DNA from: an uncultured Bacilli bacterium
Lineage (GTDB): Bacteria > Bacillota_I > Bacilli_A > RF39 > UBA660
Reading direction: 5' to 3'
Assembly: GCA_947628965.1 (NCBI GenBank)
Contig: CANRBV010000001.1
Coordinates: forward strand, 41,225-105,224
Length of the DNA stretch: 64,000 bases
Below the pieces are notes generated by a model. The model saw only the letters and a program-made list of their open reading frames with translations, ran no database searches and had not been told where the DNA came from. Both the position numbers and the translations under genes were made by a program. Positions 57,969 through 64,000 of the stretch are shown one piece after another. The first letter of the stretch is position 1, and every line of letters starts with the position of its first letter.

Positions 57969-58063
57969 AAATACACTTCATTTCTTTTCTGTTTCTAAAA
58001 ATAAGTATAACATAAAAAGCAAACTCCATACAGTGTTTGCTTCTAAATGACAATAGACTTTAT

Positions 58064-58603
58064 TTATTTTCTTTTAAATAGAAATTTAAAAGTTTGTCTA
58101 ACAAAAGGTTGAATAAAAAATAATTGAGAGAAATATGCAAATGGAAAATTAAAACAAATTAGTTTTAACCAATTGGCTAGTAAAGTCCATAGATTAAATC
58201 CCATATAATAAGGATAGTATAACCATGCAGCTATAAAACTCATGACTGGAACCATAATTCCAACCGTCGCACATATTACCGCAGTTTCAAAATGAACGGG
58301 ATTTGTTTTTTTCATATCAAAATTTTTGCAAGCCATTTTAAAAGAAAAAGGTTGCCCAATCAGCATTTCGGCTAGATATGCAAAACAAAATTCAACTAAA
58401 ACAACCACCCATATTGGTAAATAACGACCGAACATATAAACACCACCAAGAGTATTTATAGATTTTATGACACTATTTGCCCCCGTTAAAGTCATAAGTG
58501 TTGCACCATTTATTACATATAAACTATAAAAAACATATGCATGCACAGTAATAATCACAGTAATGAAAGCAAATAAGGCTCTTTCTTTTTTATTTGTAGG
58601 CAT
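58064..58603 (-). CDS. Polytopic membrane protein, unknown
   Basis: Four or five hydrophobic helices. Confidence 0.55.
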   Translation of the reverse strand: MPTNKKERALFAFITVIITVHAYVFYSLYVINGATLMTLTGANSVIKSINTLGGVYMFGRYLPIWVVVLVEFCFAYLAEMLIGQPFSFKMACKNFDMKKTNPVHFETAVICATVGIMVPVMSFIAAWLYYPYYMGFNLWTLLANWLKLICFNFPFAYFSQLFFIQPFVRQTFKFLFKRK

Positions 58604-58794
58604 TAAACTTCACCTCCTTTTTTGCAATAAAAAACACATATAGAACTATTCACATCTTTCTAAATACATCTCTGTAATCAGATTTATGTGCTTAGCACTA
58701 CATGTGTCAAATGTATTACTTCTTAAGTTTAACACATTTTTTTAATTTTTAAAATTATAAAATAACTTGAATTTAGATATTCAACTAGCCTATA

Positions 58795-59742
58795 TTATTG
58801 TATTCTCTTTAACTTATCTAAATTAAATTTACGAATTAATCTTACACCTTCTTCTGAATTACCCATTGATTGTATTTGTTTAAATGCTTGTTCATATTTA
58901 GGAATTTGATTTTCTTGAAAATACAATTGCTCATCATACATATTTAATATAAAATCAAACCATTTATTTAACATATAATTATTATCATCTTGTAAATTAA
59001 AATGAATACGATCGATTATATCCACATAGCGGTATTTATTAAGAGCTATATTTTGAGAAATATTAATAGGTGATACTTTTAAATTTGTTCCATATATTTT
59101 ATTGATTCTACTTGTAAAAGCAATATTTTGAATAATTCTGGCTGTTCTACCATTGCCATCTTCAAAAGGATGAATTCGTACGAATAATAAATGGGCTAAA
59201 GCACTTTTTAAAAAAGGATTATTATAAAGATCCGTTATACTACTATATTTATAAAATTGAATATAATCTGTCATAAATGCTTTAACATCGTTAGCTTCTG
59301 GAGCATACCAATAAACTTGATAGCCATCTTCAAAACTAGCCCCAACATTTACTGATGTTTTTCGATAATCATAGGATACGTTAAGATTTCCCTTTTCACA
59401 AACAAAACGATGAATATCTTTAATTCTTTCATGACTTATAGATAATTTATCAAAAAATAAAGTATTATCAACAGCGTAAGTCTCATGTGAATTTTTATTT
59501 TCTAAAAGGGAGGATTGTTTTAATTCTTTACTAGCTAAATCTAATAAATATAAGACAATAGAATAATTATCTGCATTGCAATAGTTAAATAATGTGTTAA
59601 GATATTTTTCAAAATTTAATCCAGTTTCTTCCATATGATATAAAACATTATCATTCAGTTTTATTTTAGAAACAAATTCAAGTACATTAAAATATTGAAC
59701 TCTTTCTTCGTTAATCCAATCTTTATTCGCCATTTCTTTCAT
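58795..59742 (-). CDS. Fic/Doc-family protein
   Basis: Canonical HPFEDGNGRTARI (HPFx[DE]GNGR) Fic motif. Confidence 0.85.
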   Translation of the reverse strand: MKEMANKDWINEERVQYFNVLEFVSKIKLNDNVLYHMEETGLNFEKYLNTLFNYCNADNYSIVLYLLDLASKELKQSSLLENKNSHETYAVDNTLFFDKLSISHERIKDIHRFVCEKGNLNVSYDYRKTSVNVGASFEDGYQVYWYAPEANDVKAFMTDYIQFYKYSSITDLYNNPFLKSALAHLLFVRIHPFEDGNGRTARIIQNIAFTSRINKIYGTNLKVSPINISQNIALNKYRYVDIIDRIHFNLQDDNNYMLNKWFDFILNMYDEQLYFQENQIPKYEQAFKQIQSMGNSEEGVRLIRKFNLDKLKRIQ

Positions 59743-59818
59743 AAAATCCCCTTCTTTTAGCGTTTATCCTAACATTTTTTGACATTTTAGTCAACCAAAT
59801 TATTTGTTCTCTTTAACT

Positions 59819-60289
59819 TTATAAAAACGACTCAACAATATACAATCTATTTTCTTTCCAATTCCAAATAACAACAATTTCACTAGAATCATAATGGCTA
59901 TTATACCAAAACTTGCAGTCAGAATAATTGGGATAGTTTTCTTTGGAAACTTTAATTTTGCTTAACCAATTATTGACACTTTCACGATAAGAAGAATAAT
60001 ATATCGTTTCTTTTTCTTCAGTAGTCCAATCAAATAATTTCTTTATTTCATTTTCATTTTCCTCTTTATAGGAAAAAATATGATATCGAATTCCATCTCC
60101 ATGAAAACTTTGACCTTCACGAGCATTAAATATTTCTTTAACCAAAGTTTTTGGCAACTTGATATCCCAATTTACTTTCAAAACATTTGAATAATTCGAT
60201 AGGTTATTATATGCAATTAACCCTAACAAACTAAATACAATAATTATAGCAATTACCATTAAAACTAATACTATCTTCTTTTTCTTCAT
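59819..60289 (-). CDS. Hypothetical membrane-anchored protein
   Basis: N-terminal KKKK + TM helix. Confidence 0.5.
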   Translation of the reverse strand: MKKKKIVLVLMVIAIIIVFSLLGLIAYNNLSNYSNVLKVNWDIKLPKTLVKEIFNAREGQSFHGDGIRYHIFSYKEENENEIKKLFDWTTEEKETIYYSSYRESVNNWLSKIKVSKENYPNYSDCKFWYNSHYDSSEIVVIWNWKENRLYIVESFL

Positions 60290-60341
60290 ATTAAATTTTT
60301 CTCCTTTTTCTATGAAAAAGCAAACTTTATACCTCTAAGTC

Positions 60342-60560
60342 TTACTTTTTATTTTTCTTTCTTTCAGCAATACTACACTGAGCAAAAATTATGCAAAATA
60401 CACTTGGTATAACGGCATAACCAGCATTAACTTCTCCCTTATTTAGAAATACATACCCTGCTCCAATTAAGGTCAGTATAAAAAATACAAACGTTGCTAT
60501 ATTAAATATTTTTTCTTTTTTCATTAGAACCTCCATTTTAAAACGAATCTTGAATATCAA
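60342..60560 (-). CDS. Small two-helix membrane protein (low confidence)
   Basis: 72-aa ORF with two hydrophobic segments. Confidence 0.35.
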   Translation of the reverse strand: MIFKIRFKMEVLMKKEKIFNIATFVFFILTLIGAGYVFLNKGEVNAGYAVIPSVFCIIFAQCSIAERKKNKK

Positions 60561-61164
60561 GCCCTAGCAAACTGGCAAGTAAAGCCGCTTGGTAAGTCGT
60601 TACAATTAGCCCTTTCATATCTTCTATTTTAACAACTATTCCTGAAATATCACAGGTTCTAAAATCTACTTTGTCTAACTTTGTTTCACAAAAATCTGAT
60701 TTCACAAGCTTACAATTTGTAAATGCCACCTTATTTATTTTTTTCATGCGAATAAAATTGCTTTCACTTAGATCACAATCCAAAAACTCTACTTTATTTA
60801 AAATACTTTCGGAAAAATTACTATACTTAAGTGTGCATTCTTTAAAGGAAACTTCTTCCAAATGAGAATCGTTCATATTTGCTCCAATAAATTTTGAATG
60901 GATATAAGTATTTCCTTTGTTTATAAATTTGGAATGACTAGAATTAGAAAAATCGCAAGTAATAAAGGTGCATTGTTCAAAATACAGATTGGAAAAATCG
61001 CAGTTAGAAAAATCAATATTTTTAAAAGTGCATTTTAAATAATCTCCATCGGTTTCTTTAAAAACACTATTTTCAAAAGTTTCATTTTTATATTTCATAG
61101 ATATTCCTTCTTCCCTAAGTATTGTCTCGATATCGTACGTATTTTTCGATTGCGTTATATACAT
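60538..61164 (-). CDS. Pentapeptide-repeat protein (Qnr/McbG-like); true start possibly at MKYKNE (61098)
   Basis: Tandem A(D/N)LxF-type pentapeptides: CTFKNIDFSNCDFSNLYFEQCTFITCDFSNS ... Confidence 0.7.
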   Translation of the reverse strand: MYITQSKNTYDIETILREEGISMKYKNETFENSVFKETDGDYLKCTFKNIDFSNCDFSNLYFEQCTFITCDFSNSSHSKFINKGNTYIHSKFIGANMNDSHLEEVSFKECTLKYSNFSESILNKVEFLDCDLSESNFIRMKKINKVAFTNCKLVKSDFCETKLDKVDFRTCDISGIVVKIEDMKGLIVTTYQAALLASLLGLDIQDSF

Positions 61165-61561
61165 CGTTGCTTACTCGATAAATGCCATTATAAGGTTGTT
61201 CAATAAAGTATTTATTATTTTTGCTATATACAAATAATGTAAAGTTTTCATTATCTAGAACATTAAAATCTACTTTGATTTCATTTAAAACATTTATAGG
61301 AGAATCTTGGAAACTTTCTTTTTTAGTTATTCTTTTTGTTCCTTTTAAAGTATCTACGATTTTTTGCATTTCTTCTATATCACTTACTACGGCAGTTTCT
61401 TTTCCTTCCTGAGTTAATGAAATACTTTCTAACTTTTCTAATTGTGGCAAATGAAGCGAATATGTTCTTCGATTTTTAAAGGAATAGATTATACCTCCTA
61501 TAATTCCAATCATCACAAGTATAAAGATTAGTATAAAAAATACATTTTTATTTTTTTTCAT
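61115..61561 (-). CDS. Hypothetical membrane-anchored protein
   Basis: N-terminal TM helix; ORF. Confidence 0.5.
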   Translation of the reverse strand: MKKNKNVFFILIFILVMIGIIGGIIYSFKNRRTYSLHLPQLEKLESISLTQEGKETAVVSDIEEMQKIVDTLKGTKRITKKESFQDSPINVLNEIKVDFNVLDNENFTLFVYSKNNKYFIEQPYNGIYRVSNDVYNAIEKYVRYRDNT

Positions 61562-62007
61562 TTCCTACCTCCGTTTTTTTTCTTCTTTTTTAAAAAAGTC
61601 GCTTTAAAAAAGGGAATAGTTGCTAACAAAAATATGCCAATAACGATAAAAAGAGAATAGATTTTGTTTAGAATAGCAAAGTAGATTGAATAGAGTAAAA
61701 ATCCAAAAACATAAACAAAAAAACTAATACGAAATATATATTTAAAAACACGTGCTACCCTATTCTTATTAAATAGCAAAAAAATATTTTCCCAAAATAT
61801 GGCAAAGGAACAGACCCAAAAAGGACTAATGACAATCTTACCAAAAAATTCATTTTTGAAAAACGCCCAAGTAAGAAACAAACATGCTACAAACGATACT
61901 AGGATTTGTCTAATCGTATAAATATGTCTCATTTTTTCCTCCTTTAGTTCTTTATTATTATAGCAAAAAAGCAAACTTGTTGATAGTTTGCTCTCTAAAC
62001 TAAACAT
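61558..62007 (-). CDS. Polytopic membrane protein, unknown
   Basis: Three or four hydrophobic helices; overlaps neighbours. Confidence 0.5.
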   Translation of the reverse strand: MFSLESKLSTSLLFCYNNKELKEEKMRHIYTIRQILVSFVACLFLTWAFFKNEFFGKIVISPFWVCSFAIFWENIFLLFNKNRVARVFKYIFRISFFVYVFGFLLYSIYFAILNKIYSLFIVIGIFLLATIPFFKATFLKKKKKNGGRK

Positions 62008-63191
62008 TATTTTTTTATTAAAATATCAGGATAATCACTTGCTACTTTTTCGGCGGAAATATATTTCTTTTCTAAAGCACTTTGTAAAGACATTATTTGA
62101 TTGTTAATTAGAAAAAGAATCCTTATGTCGCTTACATTAGCACTTTTTATATAATAACGATTTTGGTTTTCTTGATAAAGGAATTGTAAATTATCTGTTT
62201 CTTCTTCTCGAAAATCTATAAGAGTATAAAAGGTAAAATCTGTTTCTTCTTCAATCAATTTTTTGAAATCAAAACCATTAGTAACGTGAAAATAGCAACC
62301 TGTTTCATTGGTACCAATTCGATTACCATCATTCCAAACATAAAGTGTATCTAATAAATGATTTTCGCTATCATAAAGAAGAAAAGTAAAACGATAATTA
62401 TCTGCAAGACAAACATCTCCATATCGTTTACCGCTTGCTATCGCTTCTTGAATTTCTTGAATTTTAGAAGTATCTGTTATCGCTCCTATTTCCGTACCAT
62501 CCGTTTGAATAATTATTTTTTTCGTTTCCTTTAATTTTTCAGGGATAGAAGAAGGGATTTCAGTTTCTTTAAGAGAAGGATTTTTCTTAGTACACATTTT
62601 TAATATATTTGAAAAAGAAACATCAAGATTGGAGTTATGAACATAAAGTATAGGTCCAGATGGAATCATATACGTTTGATACGTACCATATTGATTATAA
62701 AAATACGCATCAATTTCTTTGGTAATGTTATTTTCATAAATTCCATCTTTTGGATAAACAAGCATATATCGATTTGCAGCATGTAAACTAGCATAGGCTC
62801 CTTTATAATAAAGAATTTGATCTGTACCATTTTTCTTAATTTCACTTAAGGGGATTTCAATTAAGTCATCCTTTTCGGTAACTAAATAGCCTCCTAATGC
62901 ACTTTCTAAACATTTAAAATATTCTTCATCATACTCTTTTTCTGATTCTAATTCTTTTAGAGGACAAGTATATTTAGCACTTTTAAACAAGGTCTTTTCT
63001 TCATGATTTGCACAATAAAAATGATTTACAAAAAAACCTTTATCAATATAATCTGTTCCTCCTCCATCTAAGTTTAAACGTACTTTGAATAACGGACTAT
63101 GATTTAGTAACTTTGCTTGCAAAGTATCTAGAACAATAATACTAACGATAACTCCTAAAACAATAAAAATAATTTTGAATTCTTTTTTCAT
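62007..63191 (-). CDS. Hypothetical membrane-anchored/extracytoplasmic protein
   Basis: N-terminal TM helix; 394-aa ORF. Confidence 0.55.
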   Translation of the reverse strand: MKKEFKIIFIVLGVIVSIIVLDTLQAKLLNHSPLFKVRLNLDGGGTDYIDKGFFVNHFYCANHEEKTLFKSAKYTCPLKELESEKEYDEEYFKCLESALGGYLVTEKDDLIEIPLSEIKKNGTDQILYYKGAYASLHAANRYMLVYPKDGIYENNITKEIDAYFYNQYGTYQTYMIPSGPILYVHNSNLDVSFSNILKMCTKKNPSLKETEIPSSIPEKLKETKKIIIQTDGTEIGAITDTSKIQEIQEAIASGKRYGDVCLADNYRFTFLLYDSENHLLDTLYVWNDGNRIGTNETGCYFHVTNGFDFKKLIEEETDFTFYTLIDFREEETDNLQFLYQENQNRYYIKSANVSDIRILFLINNQIMSLQSALEKKYISAEKVASDYPDILIKK

Positions 63192-63308
63192 AAATTCTCC
63201 TCTTAAAACTATATTTTCTTACTAACTGTAAAAATTATATCTTTGTTTATAGTGTCAGTTTTTGAGTTATTTAATATATCCCTTTGTTAAATCACACTTC
63301 ACCATATA

Positions 63309-63839
63309 TTATCTTTTTATACCTTCATTGGTTTTTAAAGTAATATCATTAGTCCATTCTTTCGTTGCAACATATATAGGATCTAAATTAGGATTATACC
63401 TATTTTCTTCTTTATAACCAATTTCACTCGAAAAATCTTCGTCTATAATTAACATTAAAGTTGTATCGATAATTTTGCCATTAGAACTAATCCATGTATG
63501 ACTGCCATCAATACAATTAGGAGTATTTCTTAAAATTGGCAATATTCCACCACATATAAAGCAATGATTCAGTGAATAACTCAATTGTTTAGAAGCCACT
63601 GTACAATATCCTAAATTAGCACCATCCATAAATACATCTTCAAAGCTATTAATTCTTCTAATATTTTGATTTCTTATTTTATCCCATAATTCTGCACTAA
63701 ATTTAGTAATTTTTCCTTCACGAATTCCTTTTTTTATTATATTTGCAAATTCTTCATTCGTTTTTAGTACATTTTTTAATGTATCGTAACATTTATAATT
63801 GGTTTTATCTTCATCAATAATATAGTTTAGAATATCCAT
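63309..63839 (-). CDS. Hypothetical protein (176 aa)
   Basis: ORF. Confidence 0.5.
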   Translation of the reverse strand: MDILNYIIDEDKTNYKCYDTLKNVLKTNEEFANIIKKGIREGKITKFSAELWDKIRNQNIRRINSFEDVFMDGANLGYCTVASKQLSYSLNHCFICGGILPILRNTPNCIDGSHTWISSNGKIIDTTLMLIIDEDFSSEIGYKEENRYNPNLDPIYVATKEWTNDITLKTNEGIKR

Positions 63840-64000
63840 AAATTTTCCTTTCTAATTACATTTAATAATTTCAAATTTTTATTAACTTTTTTCACTCTAA
63901 TATACTTTAATACAAACTGAATAGTTTCGACAGGTATTATGACAGTTTATAACTTGCTTCGTATGATGTTTGTCAGTTTAACTCTCGTTCTACCTTTTTC

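Overview
AT-rich chromosomal segment from a low-GC Firmicutes-type genome; nearly every gene is on the minus strand.

**Housekeeping**
- pheS-pheT preceded by a T-box leader
- tRNA-His (GUG) with an encoded G-1 and CCA
- YebC-family regulator, rubrerythrin and an HtrA-like protease
- A MacB-like fused ABC transporter and a GntR + ABC-2 exporter

**DNA-metabolism cluster (about 2.0 to 8.5 kb)**
- A LigD-like phosphoesterase + polymerase protein with no ligase domain and no Ku
- A translationally coupled operon: radical-SAM 'DNA modification/repair' protein, DUF4130 partner and a divergent group-II-like chaperonin (Cpn60/TCP-1 family)

**Integrated element (about 8.9 to 16.0 kb)**
- About 7 kb, inserted next to tRNA-His
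- Carries a large serine recombinase, a small resolvase, a HUH rolling-circle Rep, an XRE regulator and a macro-domain cargo gene

**Surface proteins**
- A 1723-aa secreted dockerin-bearing HExxH (M60-like) peptidase coupled to a putative cohesin-like membrane anchor
- A thioester-domain (TQxxIW) adhesin + sortase + TasA-type signal-peptide protein cluster

**Other accessory genes**
- An internally deleted IS30-like remnant flanked by inverted repeats
- A gene run containing Fic, a pentapeptide-repeat (Qnr-like) protein and a C39-like peptidase

**Most notable locus (28.9 to 33.5 kb)**
- A three-gene MoxR-like AAA ATPase (with an uncharacterised ~320-aa N-terminal module) / 131-aa protein / HExxH-metallopeptidase-like + vWA protein
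- The vWA protein carries about 1.1 kb of near-identical intragenic tandem repeats (3x279 nt + ~3x156 nt) encoding a Q/S/N/E-rich disordered region
- It resembles the predicted but experimentally uncharacterised vWA-MoxR conflict/defence systems

All calls come from reading motifs in the supplied translations and DNA; no database searches were run.
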